Assembly (NCBI GenBank): GCA_965222075.1
Contig: OZ244937.1
Span: forward strand, 2,688,001 to 2,752,000
DNA: 64,000 nucleotides
DNA from: Candidatus Latescibacterota bacterium
GTDB taxonomy: Bacteria > Latescibacterota > UBA2968 > GCA-2709665
Direction: 5' to 3'
The notes below the pieces were generated by a model, which worked only from the letters and a program-made list of their open reading frames with translations, did not search any database and was not told the DNA's origin. The first letter of the stretch is position 1. Every line of letters starts with the position of its first letter. Shown here piece after piece: positions 1-9,807 of the stretch. Position numbers and translations under genes: made by a program.

Positions 1-86
1 GAGGGAGAGGACCTCTTTCCGGGCAGCGGGCTGATTGGATAACCAGGAGAAATTCACCGCAGAGACGCAGAGGGCAAGGAAGGAGT

Positions 87-647
87 TTATTCAAACACAA
101 AGTTGTGATCGGCGTCTCGAAGCAGGGGAAGTCGGGCATCCTTCTCAGACAGGATAGGCTTCCCGACGGGCCACTCGATGCCGATATCCGGATCGTTCCA
201 TAGAATGCCCCGGTCACACTCGGGCGCGTATTCTTCGGTGACTTTGTAGACAAACTCCGCCTCTTCACTGAGCACGCAATACCCATGGGCAAAACCGACC
301 GGGATATACAGCATCCGGAAATTTTGATCCGACAGCACAACCCCTTCCCATCGGCCGCAGGTCGGCGAATTTTTTCGAATATCCACCGCCACATCGAAAG
401 CCTTACCCTTGACCACCCGCGCCAGCTTCCCCTGGGCTTTGGGATGCTTCTGATAGTGCAACCCCCTCAAAACGTCCCGGACAGAATGCGAATGGATATC
501 CTGGACAAACTCGACGGGTATCCCATTCGCCTCGAAGTCGGACCTTTTGTAGGCCTCCATCAAAAAGCCGCGATTGTCTTCAAAGACCTCCGGCTCGACC
601 AGAATGAGATCGGGAATCCTCTTCAATCTTTCAAACCGAAAAGGCAT
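87..647 (-). CDS. rfbC: dTDP-4-dehydrorhamnose 3,5-epimerase
   Basis: Motifs DNRGF, VLRGLHYQ, DVAVDIRKNSPT, GFAHGY, ILSEKD; next to rfbB; start set at ATG 647. Confidence 0.95.
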   Translation of the reverse strand: MPFRFERLKRIPDLILVEPEVFEDNRGFLMEAYKRSDFEANGIPVEFVQDIHSHSVRDVLRGLHYQKHPKAQGKLARVVKGKAFDVAVDIRKNSPTCGRWEGVVLSDQNFRMLYIPVGFAHGYCVLSEEAEFVYKVTEEYAPECDRGILWNDPDIGIEWPVGKPILSEKDARLPLLRDADHNFVFE

Positions 648-698
648 GCATCGTCCTTCCCGGGACAAGTTCGACCTGTCCCTCAGAATCTCCCGCGC

Positions 699-1709
699 CT
701 ATCGACCTTCGTACTGCTTCTGGTAATACGCCTGATAGTCGCCGCTCTTTTTGATCTTGCGCCACCATGCCTCGTTGGCCGCATACCACTCCACGGTCAA
801 TCGAAGCGCGTTTTCAAAATCGTGTTGGGGCGTCCACCCCAGCGCCTTAATCTTGGAAGAATCGAGGGAATACCGCATATCGTGTCCCGGCCGATCCGTT
901 ACATATTGAATTAAATCTTCGGGTTTCTCCAGCAGATCGAGAATCTTTCGTGTAACCTCAACGCCGTTTGCCTCGTTTTCTCCACCCACATTGTAAGCCT
1001 CGCCGGCAGCACCCTTGTGAAGCACCAGGTCAATCGCCTCGCAGTGATCCGTCACATACAGATGGTCTCGAACCGCGCCTCCTTGACCGTAAACCGGCAA
1101 GGGGATATCATCTATTGCATTTGTAATAAACAGCGGCACCCGTTTTTCCGGATACTGAAAAGACCCGATATTGTTCGACGCACGCGTCACCACCACGGGC
1201 AGTCCATAAGTCACTGCAAATGCCCTGGCCATCATATCGCCCGATGCCTTGGCAACCGAATAGGGGTTGCGGGGCTCTAAGCACACCTCTTCCCTCCAGG
1301 GCGCTTCACCTTCTTCCAGCGAACCGTAAACTTCATCCGTACTCACCTGCAAAAACCGTTCAACCTCGTGCCGTCGTGTAGCATCCAGCAGCGTATAAAC
1401 CCCCAGAGCGTTGGAATGCATAAACGCTTCCGCTCCCATAATGCTCCGATCCACATGGCTCTCTGCGGCAAAATTTACCACCATGTCGATCCGCCGCACC
1501 AGGTGGTTGACCAGTTCTGAATTGCAGATATCGCCCTGTACAAACTCGTAGCGAGGGTCTTCTTCTACATCTCGCAAATTTTCCAGGTTGCCCGCATAAG
1601 TCAGCTTATCCAGGTTTACAACCCGATAGTCCTCGTAGGCCTTCAGAATATGCCGGACAAAATGGCTTCCGATAAACCCTGCGCCCCCGGTCACAAGTAT
1701 CGTCTTCAC
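699..1709 (-). CDS. rfbB: dTDP-glucose 4,6-dehydratase
   Basis: TGGAGFIGS, DKLTYAGN, AAESHVDRSI, STDEVYG, YSVAK, DRPGHDMRY. Confidence 0.96.
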   Translation of the reverse strand: MKTILVTGGAGFIGSHFVRHILKAYEDYRVVNLDKLTYAGNLENLRDVEEDPRYEFVQGDICNSELVNHLVRRIDMVVNFAAESHVDRSIMGAEAFMHSNALGVYTLLDATRRHEVERFLQVSTDEVYGSLEEGEAPWREEVCLEPRNPYSVAKASGDMMARAFAVTYGLPVVVTRASNNIGSFQYPEKRVPLFITNAIDDIPLPVYGQGGAVRDHLYVTDHCEAIDLVLHKGAAGEAYNVGGENEANGVEVTRKILDLLEKPEDLIQYVTDRPGHDMRYSLDSSKIKALGWTPQHDFENALRLTVEWYAANEAWWRKIKKSGDYQAYYQKQYEGR

Positions 1710-1719
1710 AACGCACCCC

Positions 1720-2697
1720 TTAAAGAAATAACCTGGCCATCAACCCCAGATAGACCCCGTAAAGCGCCAGCAGCAGGACGCCTTCGCTGCGTGTCAGGCG
1801 GTGCCCGGTGCGCATCATCACCAGCATCGCTCCTACAATCACCAGCATGGCCGGAAAGGAAAAGTGGATCACACGGGGGCAGACCACCAGCGGATTGACC
1901 GCTGCCGAAGCGCCCGCGATCCAGCAGATATTTAAAATATCGGCCCCCAGGATATTCCCCACCGCAATCCCTCCGTGTCCCTTGCGCGCTGCCGCCACCA
2001 CCGTGGCGATCTCAGGCAGGGAGGTCCCGATCGCAATTACCGTCAGGCCGATAACCGCTTCGCTGATCTCCAGAGATTTGGCAATCACCACCGCAGATTC
2101 CAAAATAAAGTGGCTGGAAAGCAGCACCCCTGCCAGCCCCACCCCAAACCAGAGCATCAGGGTCCTCAGGCCGCGCCCTGCGATCCCCTCTTCGATCTGG
2201 GCCAGATCCTCCATCTGCGCCCCGTCTGCCTCCGAAGACCTGCGCCGGGTCAAATAGGCAAAGACACAGTAAACACCGAAGAGGAGGACCAGCAGGGCAC
2301 CCTCCATCCGATCCAGCGTCCCATCGAAAGCCATGGCGTAGGCCGCCAGATCGACCACAATCAGAAAAATCCCGGCCGTCTTCAGCAGATAGGGATTCAT
2401 CAGAATAGGCGTACTCGCCACCAGCGCGCCCAACCCCAGCGCAACCCCGTCGTCCACAATCACCGACCCGACCGCATTGCCCAGCGCGATCTCCGGGTAC
2501 CCACGCAGTGCTGACTGGACCGAAACGGCCAATTCCGGCGCCGTTGTCGCCAGGCTTACCAGCACAATCCCGATCAGCATCTTCGGCACCTTCAAATGCT
2601 CCGCAACCCCCACAGCCCCATCCACAAACCAGGAGGCACACCTGGTCAGAACCAGGAAACAGACAACCAGCAGGCCCAGTGCAGCCGGTACACCCAT
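1720..2697 (-). CDS. Calcium/sodium:proton antiporter (CaCA, YrbG-like)
   Basis: Two alpha-repeats (SLATTAPELAVS...GNAVGS and AIGTSLPEI...GNILGAD); about 10 hydrophobic helices. Confidence 0.9.
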   Translation of the reverse strand: MGVPAALGLLVVCFLVLTRCASWFVDGAVGVAEHLKVPKMLIGIVLVSLATTAPELAVSVQSALRGYPEIALGNAVGSVIVDDGVALGLGALVASTPILMNPYLLKTAGIFLIVVDLAAYAMAFDGTLDRMEGALLVLLFGVYCVFAYLTRRRSSEADGAQMEDLAQIEEGIAGRGLRTLMLWFGVGLAGVLLSSHFILESAVVIAKSLEISEAVIGLTVIAIGTSLPEIATVVAAARKGHGGIAVGNILGADILNICWIAGASAAVNPLVVCPRVIHFSFPAMLVIVGAMLVMMRTGHRLTRSEGVLLLALYGVYLGLMARLFL

Positions 2698-2834
2698 AGA
2701 TCCCTCCCCTTCAGGTGAATCTCCCCGTCCAAAGGCTTCTAACTGCTAAAACCAGACAGATCAAGCCAATGTGTAACCTTTTCCTGTATAGACCCAAAAA
2801 AAAGCGATGTCAAGCACTTTTCAACGCCTGCATC

Positions 2835-5132
2835 CTACCGGCCGGCCACCTTGGCCACCCAGATGCTGATCTCGTACAGCACGATCAGAGGGAGCGCCAT
2901 CATCAGCTGAGAAACCGGATCCGGCGGCGTCAGCAGGGCCGCCAGAACAAAACCGACCACAACGGCATAACGCCGGCCTGTCCGCATCCTCTCCGGTGTT
3001 ACCACGCCTACCCTGGCCAGAAAAAAGGTCGCCACCGGCAGTTCGAACACCACGCCGAAAGCCACCAGCAGCTTCAGCACAAAATCGGTATAAAACCCGA
3101 TATCATATTGAGGCTCAACCCCCGTCTCCACCCCAAGACCCAGCAGAAACCTCAGCGCAAGCGGTATGACTCCCCAGTAGGCCAGAGCGGAACCGACCAC
3201 AAAACAAACGGTCGATGAGAAAACGATAAAAGCCACATACTTTCGTTCGCTGGCGAACAGCCCAGGCGCCACAAAAAGCCAGACCTGGTAGAGCAAAACC
3301 GGCAGGGCCAGCACCGCTCCGCCCCACAGGGCGATCTCCAGCTTGACCATAAACATCCCCATCGGTTTCAGGTAGATCAATGTCGGGCCGGCCTCCATCT
3401 GCTGTACCGGCCACGTCAATGCCCTGAGAATGTCATTGGAAAAAACCGCACAGATAATCGCCCCCACCACCACCGCCGCCAGCCCTTTTAGAATCCGCCA
3501 TCGCAGTTCCTCCAGGTGATCCAGGAACGGCATGGAACGTTCTTCTTCTGGAAGCTCTGGATCAGCTTCCGCGCCCATCGACACGCTTCCCGCCGCCGAC
3601 CTGGGCAAAATGGTCTGTTCTTCCACCTCCCCACCCTTCCGGCGGACAGCCATGACCACCACCAGAACCGCCAGCCCGGTGCAGATCTGGGAGAAGACAT
3701 CCCCGTATCGGGTATAAAATGTGAGGTCCGACCTGACGGCCACCCTGCCGTTTAAAACCTCCGGGTGAAAAATCCCCGTCGTCCGGGACTTTCGCCCGTA
3801 CGCATCGATGAACGTTGAGACCCCGGTATTGGCGCAGCGCACCACGGCCCGCCGGTTCTCAATCGCCCGAAACACCGCAATTTCGGCATGCTGGAAAGGC
3901 CCCGATGTCTTGCCGAACCAGCCGTCGTTGGTAATCACCACCAGAAACCTGGCGCCTCCGGCCACGAACTCTCGAACCAGCCCCGGAAAGGCCGAATCGA
4001 AACAGATCAGCCCGGAAAACCGCGCCCCCGGCCCCTCAAAAACCGTCCGCACCTCCCCAGAATCCCAGTTGCCGCCCACATACCCGCCGCCGGTGAACTG
4101 CATATCGCGCAAAAAGGGAAGCAGTTCTGGAAACGGGGACCGTTCGCCGAACGGCACCAGTTTGGTTTTGTCGTAATATCCAACCGTCCCCCTCCCGGGC
4201 GCAAAAAGAAAAGACGAGTTATAGGTCCGGATACGCGCGTCCTCTACCCTGCGATAGGCGCCGGTGTAGAGATATACGTTCAGCGAATCGACCAGCGTCT
4301 GTACGCCCTCCTGGTAGGGCCGGTAAGCCTCCTTGTTGACGTAGAAGGCAGCAGCCGTCTCCGGCCACACCACCAGACGCGCGCCCCCCTCTACCGCCTG
4401 AACCGTCAGTGATTTTAAAATCTCGAAATTGTCCCAGAACCCGCCGTACTCCTTTGCAACAGGCGGAATATCCGGCTGCACCACACCCACGGGAATGGTC
4501 TCACCTTCATCAGCCCGGGCAAATGCCATATACCCCTGGACCGCCGGCGCGGCAAAAAGCAGGACCAGCACCACAACGGAAGCGCTCCGGCGCACGCGGG
4601 GGCGCAGGAGCGCCAGCACCGTCAGGTTGACCAGAACGACCCAGAAAGACACCCCGTAGACCCCGGTGAGTTCCGCGTACTGAATCAGCGGCAGGTAGGC
4701 CGTCTGGCTGTTGCCCAGCACCACCCACGGGAATCCCAGGTCTCCCAGTGAGTTGAAATACTCAAACCCCACCCACAAAAAAGGGGCGCTCCATAAGCCG
4801 AACGCCTCGAACCGGCGAACCACAAGGCTAAGCGCCCAGATGGAAAGCCCTCTGAAAACGGACATATAAAAAATCGCCGCGGCCGTGCCGGGAGGGGAAA
4901 TCCAGGAAATCCAGTAAATCGTTGCACCGTAAAAAACCAGCCCCTGCACAAACCCGGCGCCAAAAGCCGCTCGGCCCTGCAACCGCTCGGCCGAGAGGAA
5001 AAGGGGAATTAACCCGACACAGGCAAGAAACCCAAGCGGCAGCGGTGGAAACGCAGCCCCCAGAACGATTCCCGAGATTGCCGGATAGACCAGGAGGGGC
5101 AGCAAGATCCTCCCTTTCCACACCTCCACCAT
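2835..5132 (-). CDS. lnt-tatC: Apolipoprotein N-acyltransferase fused to twin-arginine translocase subunit TatC
   Basis: N-terminal Lnt with nitrilase triad motifs WPETA, KTKLVPFGE, ICFDSAF; C-terminal TatC motifs MPFLDHLEELRWR, FVAPGL, GVVFELP, LTPPDPVSQLMMALP; one uninterrupted frame; GGAGG before ATG 5132. Confidence 0.88.
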   Translation of the reverse strand: MVEVWKGRILLPLLVYPAISGIVLGAAFPPLPLGFLACVGLIPLFLSAERLQGRAAFGAGFVQGLVFYGATIYWISWISPPGTAAAIFYMSVFRGLSIWALSLVVRRFEAFGLWSAPFLWVGFEYFNSLGDLGFPWVVLGNSQTAYLPLIQYAELTGVYGVSFWVVLVNLTVLALLRPRVRRSASVVVLVLLFAAPAVQGYMAFARADEGETIPVGVVQPDIPPVAKEYGGFWDNFEILKSLTVQAVEGGARLVVWPETAAAFYVNKEAYRPYQEGVQTLVDSLNVYLYTGAYRRVEDARIRTYNSSFLFAPGRGTVGYYDKTKLVPFGERSPFPELLPFLRDMQFTGGGYVGGNWDSGEVRTVFEGPGARFSGLICFDSAFPGLVREFVAGGARFLVVITNDGWFGKTSGPFQHAEIAVFRAIENRRAVVRCANTGVSTFIDAYGRKSRTTGIFHPEVLNGRVAVRSDLTFYTRYGDVFSQICTGLAVLVVVMAVRRKGGEVEEQTILPRSAAGSVSMGAEADPELPEEERSMPFLDHLEELRWRILKGLAAVVVGAIICAVFSNDILRALTWPVQQMEAGPTLIYLKPMGMFMVKLEIALWGGAVLALPVLLYQVWLFVAPGLFASERKYVAFIVFSSTVCFVVGSALAYWGVIPLALRFLLGLGVETGVEPQYDIGFYTDFVLKLLVAFGVVFELPVATFFLARVGVVTPERMRTGRRYAVVVGFVLAALLTPPDPVSQLMMALPLIVLYEISIWVAKVAGR

Positions 5133-5133
5133 G

Positions 5134-5424
5134 CTACCTCCCTCCTGCAATAATCCCTTTTTGCACGAGTAGATCGGTGTAGTCTTCAGCAGACATATTA
5201 CCGCGCCGAGCCTGTTCAAATTCGGCTCTGGTCATAAAAAGTTGCCGTCTAAGGATATGGGCAAGGAGCGCATCACCGATATCGGATGAACCTCCATGTG
5301 AAATCCTGGTGCGAACAAGACGCCCAGGAAAGACACGTTCAAAGAAGATATGATGGCTGCCTCGGACTTCGGTAAAACCGAGACCGAGCAGAATAGATCG
5401 GAGGTTGCGTTTAGCGATGGGCAT
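5134..5424 (-). CDS. HicA-like type II toxin (mRNA interferase)
   Basis: 96 aa basic protein with LGF...RGSHHIF and ISHG motifs typical of HicA. Confidence 0.7.
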   Translation of the reverse strand: MPIAKRNLRSILLGLGFTEVRGSHHIFFERVFPGRLVRTRISHGGSSDIGDALLAHILRRQLFMTRAEFEQARRGNMSAEDYTDLLVQKGIIAGGR

Positions 5425-5794
5425 CGCCGAAAAGATTTTCCAACCTGTGGAGTTGTCCTGTCAGATGTTGATTTAACAGATCCCTTCTTTTGAAAAGGTA
5501 GGCGTAATCATCTTCGATCGTGCGTAGAAGATTCACCTTGGCCTGTTCTAAGTCAGACCCTTCGGCCGCCAGATCGGTATCGGGAAGCAATGCGAGAATA
5601 TCTCCGTTAGCAAAAACCTGAATCTCAACGGGGACCTCCACGCCGGCAACGGGGAGCATATCTTTGAAAACCAGGACCGGTTGGGGTTCATCATCTTGTA
5701 GGTACCGGTCCAGCCACGCTGCCAAATCCTCTTTGGTATGAGCCTTTTTCCAGACCTCTGCGGGAAAAACAACCACAGGTTTTTCTTTTGCCAT
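5411..5794 (-). CDS. HicB-like antitoxin
   Basis: Acidic; LPDTDLAAEGSDLEQAKVNL resembles the HicB partial RNase H fold; overlaps the HicA-like ORF. Confidence 0.55.
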   Translation of the reverse strand: MAKEKPVVVFPAEVWKKAHTKEDLAAWLDRYLQDDEPQPVLVFKDMLPVAGVEVPVEIQVFANGDILALLPDTDLAAEGSDLEQAKVNLLRTIEDDYAYLFKRRDLLNQHLTGQLHRLENLFGDAHR

Positions 5795-5855
5795 GGGGTA
5801 TCACACTCCTGATCGTGTATCAAAACCAACGGGTTGCCCTACACCTCAACCCTTA

Positions 5856-6018
5856 GAAGCTGCCTTAAAATCCCCAGCGGTCTTCACGCGGCTGCAAAAG
5901 CGTCGGTCGGCGTTGGTCAAACCCACCCGTATCTCCAGGATATGGGCGGGTTCTCCCGCCTTGACCGACACCTTTTCGCTCGCGCTCGGGAACTCACCAG
6001 GAATTTTAAAACAACTTC
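5856..6018. mobile_element. MITE with IS5-type ends (163 bp)
   Basis: TIRs GAAGCTGCCTTAAAA / TTTTAAAACAACTTC with TTA on both flanks; ends match the IS5 at 47603-48558. Confidence 0.8.
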
Positions 6019-6114
6019 TTAGAAGCCAGATGTATAAGCCGAAGCGTCAAGTAGAATATAACCGAGCGAATTTCCTTTGTCAAACCGGCAGAATCGGCCG
6101 ACACCCGTATCTGT

Positions 6115-6143
6115 TTGACAGACCCGTCCTGCTTCTTTACCTT
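6115..6143 (+). promoter_or_regulatory. Putative sigma70 promoter upstream of bioF
   Basis: TTGACA-N17-TACCTT. Confidence 0.45.
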
Positions 6144-6317
6144 ATGACCAGCCTTCTCCGGTCTTGCAGCGGTTCTTCAAGACCGAACCCTGCTATGCCC
6201 GTGACCGTCGAGGATAGGGACACCCAAAGCCAACGCGAAGTCCTCTGGTGTACACGGAGCACACAAGTCAGGGACTTCCACAGGGCCGAATTTCGTGATT
6301 TTTTAAAACATCTCACC

Positions 6318-7481
6318 ATGCTCCCCAACCTCTCAGCAGAACTGGACGACCTCAAATCCCGCGGCCTCTACCGCACCGCGCGTCTCATCGAAAGCGCCCA
6401 GGGCCCCCGCGTGCACATCAACGGCCGGGACCTCCTCCTCTTTTGTTCCAACAACTACCTGGGTCTGGCCAACCATCCCGTGCTCAAAGAGGACGCCGCC
6501 GCCGCCCTCCGCGCCTACGGCCTGAGCGCCGCCGCCTCCCGCCTCATCTCGGGCAGCATGGCCCCCCACCGCGACCTTGAAACCCGCCTCGCCCGTTTCC
6601 TCGGCACCGAGGCGGCCCTCATCTTTCCCACCGGCTACATGGCCAACCTGGGCGCAATCACCGCTCTTGTCGGCCCGCAGGACGCCGTCTTCAGCGACCG
6701 GCTCAACCACCGCAGCATCATTGACGCCTGCCGGCTCTCCCGCGCGGTGACCCACGTCTACCGCCACTGCGACATCGACCACCTCAGCGACCTGTTCTCC
6801 AGCGAAACCGGTTTCCGCAGGCGCCTGATCGTCACCGACGGCCTCTTCAGCATGGACGGAGACCTCGCTCCCCTGCCCGACTTAGCCGAACTCGCACGCG
6901 ACCACAACGCCATCCTGATGGTGGACGACGCCCACGCCACCGGCGTCCTGGGCCCCTCTGGCCGGGGAACCCCCGAACACTTTGGCATCAACGGCGGCAT
7001 CGACGTCCTCATGACGGCCGGGAGCAAGGCCCTGGGCACCTTCGGCGGATTCATCGGCGGCAGCGCCGACCTCATTGACCTGCTCAGCAACAAATCCTCC
7101 AGCTTTATCTACACCACCTCCCTCCCCCCTGACGCCTGCGCGGCCACCTTAGCCGCCCTCGACCTGATCGAATCGGATCCGGGAATCAGGGATCGCCTCT
7201 GGGCCAACGTCCGGGCCGTCCGGGAGGGCCTCCTCGATCTCGGATTCGACCTGATGGGATCTCAGACCCAGATCATCCCCATCCTCATCGGCGACCCCGA
7301 ACGCACGATGGTGATCTCCGCCGACCTCTACGAACAGGGCGTCTTCCTCACCGGCATCCGTCCCCCCACGGTCCCGGAAGGCGAAAGCCGCCTCCGCCTC
7401 ACCGTCATGGCCGACCACAGCGACGACGACATCGCCCGCCTTTTAGAGGCCATGGCAGAGGTCCGTGCCCGTTTTTTTTGA
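6318..7481 (+). CDS. bioF: 8-amino-7-oxononanoate synthase
   Basis: FCSNNYLGLA, SDRLNHRSIIDACRLS, DGLFSMDGD, VDDAHATG, SKALG (PLP lysine), IRPPTVP; start set at ATG 6318. Confidence 0.93.
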   Translation: MLPNLSAELDDLKSRGLYRTARLIESAQGPRVHINGRDLLLFCSNNYLGLANHPVLKEDAAAALRAYGLSAAASRLISGSMAPHRDLETRLARFLGTEAALIFPTGYMANLGAITALVGPQDAVFSDRLNHRSIIDACRLSRAVTHVYRHCDIDHLSDLFSSETGFRRRLIVTDGLFSMDGDLAPLPDLAELARDHNAILMVDDAHATGVLGPSGRGTPEHFGINGGIDVLMTAGSKALGTFGGFIGGSADLIDLLSNKSSSFIYTTSLPPDACAATLAALDLIESDPGIRDRLWANVRAVREGLLDLGFDLMGSQTQIIPILIGDPERTMVISADLYEQGVFLTGIRPPTVPEGESRLRLTVMADHSDDDIARLLEAMAEVRARFF

Positions 7482-7521
7482 ACCCACACGCCGCGCCCCT
7501 ACGGCAGGTTGTCCTTCTCAC

Positions 7522-8721
7522 ATGCTCCGGCCCCTTCCAGTCCTTCTGCTCCTCCTCGGCCTGACATCCCCCACTTGGGCCGCCGCCCTCTCCGGCGCCG
7601 TCACCGACAGCGCCACCGATCAGGCCCTCCCCTACGTCAGCGTCGTCTTCCCCGTCCTGAGGCGGGGTACCACCACCGACCTCCACGGCCGCTACGCCCT
7701 CGACGCCCTGCCCCCCGGCGCCTGGCGCCTCCAGGTCTCGTGCATCGGCTACCGGACCTTCGCCGACACCCTCTGCCTCGAATCAGACACCGACTTGCGC
7801 CTCGACGTGATCCTTTCCCCGGCCCCCATCCTCCTCAAACCCGAGGTCTCCCTTCCCAGACAAACCCTGGACGACCTCCTTGAGGGCATCGCCCGGCAGG
7901 ACCACGAGCAGGTCTTCCACGCCCGGTATCCCGCCCTGCGCGCCTACCGCTTCACGGCCTATGGCACCCAGACCCTGTATGCCGGGAAAAAGGCCGCGGC
8001 TAAAATCCTGGCCAGGATCGAATACGACGGCGAAGGCTACTACCGAAACCCGGACGACATCGTTCAGGCCATCACCGCCTACCGGGCCCTCGGCGCGGCC
8101 GGCCGGCGCTTTGGCATGCACCCCGGCGCCTTCGTCAACATCCGGAAAGGCCACCTCAACGGCCGGACGTTCGACGTGGGGCCGCTCCCCTTAGAGCCCG
8201 ACGCCCGGAAGACCTACCGCTACCGCCTGCTGGACACCGTCCAGATGGGGGACGTCATCGTCTACCACATCCGCGTGACCCCGCGCAAAAAAAGACGCCC
8301 CGCTGTGGAAGGGGACGTCTGGATTTCAGGGACCGATTTTTCCATCGTCGGCTATGACCTGAAGCTCAACAGGCCCCTGCGCAAGGCCCTCGGCATCTCC
8401 GAACTCCGCACCTACCAGGAAAACGCCCTCTACTACGACCGCTACTGGCTCCCCACCCGGCAGACCGTCCGCATCCGGACCGCTTCGGGCGCCCTGGCCG
8501 AGCAGACCACCCACATCTCCGGCTACGCCCTCAACATCCCCCTGCCCGACTCCCTCTTCGACCGGGGGCCCATCTCCATCCTTCCCGGCGCTACGGAGCG
8601 GACGCACGCCTACTGGACCCAACGCGCAAGCCGCTTGAAAACCGCCGAAGAAAACGCCGTCCGACACCTGCTTGAAAGCAGCACCCTTCCCGCGGGATGG
8701 AAGCGCCTGATGAATCGGTAG
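7522..8721 (+). CDS. Exported protein with carboxypeptidase-regulatory-like domain (DUF5686-like)
   Basis: Signal peptide; LSGAVTDSATDQALPYVSV...GTTTDLHGRY...VSCIGY; C-terminal YRYRLLDT, EGDVWI, YWLP. Confidence 0.7.
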   Translation: MLRPLPVLLLLLGLTSPTWAAALSGAVTDSATDQALPYVSVVFPVLRRGTTTDLHGRYALDALPPGAWRLQVSCIGYRTFADTLCLESDTDLRLDVILSPAPILLKPEVSLPRQTLDDLLEGIARQDHEQVFHARYPALRAYRFTAYGTQTLYAGKKAAAKILARIEYDGEGYYRNPDDIVQAITAYRALGAAGRRFGMHPGAFVNIRKGHLNGRTFDVGPLPLEPDARKTYRYRLLDTVQMGDVIVYHIRVTPRKKRRPAVEGDVWISGTDFSIVGYDLKLNRPLRKALGISELRTYQENALYYDRYWLPTRQTVRIRTASGALAEQTTHISGYALNIPLPDSLFDRGPISILPGATERTHAYWTQRASRLKTAEENAVRHLLESSTLPAGWKRLMNR

Positions 8722-8786
8722 GGAATGATAATAGTGCCGAAACCTGTTGATTTTTGGGCATCAAAAAAGGGCGGCAGAACAACACC

Positions 8787-9240
8787 CTATCGGGCAGCGC
8801 CATGAGGATCCTCCATTGCCAGGTAGTCGTCGTGCCTGGTGGAGACATCCGGCTCGGGGTCTTTACCTGCTCCGACGAACTCCATGAGGCTGCGCCTCTC
8901 CCTGACCTTTCGCGGATCGATACTGATGGAAACGAGCCGCGTATCTTTGTCGAGATCGAGGTACACGCCCCTGATTGCCGGGACCTGCTCTTTGTTTGAG
9001 ACCCCGTTGGGATATGGAATTTCGTGAATCCTGACGAAATCTTCCACATCTCTCGGATCATCGTGAGCCAGACCAATGATCGTCAAGTCACGTTCCGGGA
9101 AAGATTGATGAAGTTTCTTGAGATTTGGCAGTTCATTAAGACAGGGAGCGCACCATGTCGCCCAAAAGTCAAGGAATACGAATTTTCCTCGAAAGTCGGA
9201 CAGCCGTAGCCATTTGTCTTGAAAATTCAGGCTAAGTTTT
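8787..9240 (-). pseudogene. Fragment of a TlpA/peroxiredoxin-like thiol-disulfide oxidoreductase
   Basis: LSDFRGKFVFLDFWATWCAPCLNELP; no credible start (the DUF2283 gene lies immediately upstream); C-terminus degenerate. Confidence 0.6.
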
Positions 9241-9247
9241 GCCACTC

Positions 9248-9448
9248 TCAGACCGTCTCGAACTGCAACGCAGAGAGGTTCAGTTTGGAGGAGCGTTTCG
9301 AGAGATGAAGCATCTCCACGCCTACCACTTCGTTCGATTCGTTGTAGTCGAGCACTACTCCCGGCGAAACCTCCTCGGACTCGACTATGGGAGAGTCGTC
9401 CAGGCGCAGGTAGAGGGCGTCGGCTTCCTTGTCCACGTTCAGTTTCAT
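9248..9448 (-). CDS. DUF2283 family protein (putative antitoxin)
   Basis: DKEADALYLRL...ESEEVSPGVVLDYNESNEVVGVEML. Confidence 0.85.
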   Translation of the reverse strand: MKLNVDKEADALYLRLDDSPIVESEEVSPGVVLDYNESNEVVGVEMLHLSKRSSKLNLSALQFETV

Positions 9449-9705
9449 AGCTCTCCTCTCTTGCTTCGATCAAAGAATACGCTCACCACCCGCCAGGGCA
9501 CAACGCGGGTGTTGACGGCTACTCGCAGTGCGCGGTCACAGTGTTCGGGGATGGGGCGAAAGAATCGCTCCACGTCGGGATCGTTCGGATCGGGCGTGCG
9601 CAATGCTGGTCCAGCCACCGCCAGCTCGACCCACTCGGCAGGGATCATCCGTTCTGCCATAACGTGAAGGGCGTGCCGAGTGTATTCCAGAGTCAGCGGT
9701 CCCAC
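9445..9705 (-). CDS. DUF4258 family protein (putative RelE-like toxin)
   Basis: YTRHALHVMAERMI...LRVAVN...VVSVFFDR; ATGA overlap with the DUF2283 gene. Confidence 0.75.
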   Translation of the reverse strand: MGPLTLEYTRHALHVMAERMIPAEWVELAVAGPALRTPDPNDPDVERFFRPIPEHCDRALRVAVNTRVVPWRVVSVFFDRSKRGEL

Positions 9706-9807
9706 GACGCCTGTTCGTCCTTGAAATAGGGATTATATACCAAAATCACATCTGACCGTCAACGCTTCGCTTCAACAACCCTAATTTCTACATCGCGAAC
9801 CACACAC

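Noticed and set aside
6078-6120. BirA operator upstream of bioF
   Set aside because: The inverted repeat has a 27 bp spacer, much longer than known BirA sites; kept only as part of a low-confidence finding.
5793-6317. 175 aa N-terminal extension of BioF shown in the ORF track
   Set aside because: It runs through a MITE and promoter DNA; BioF similarity begins at ATG 6318.
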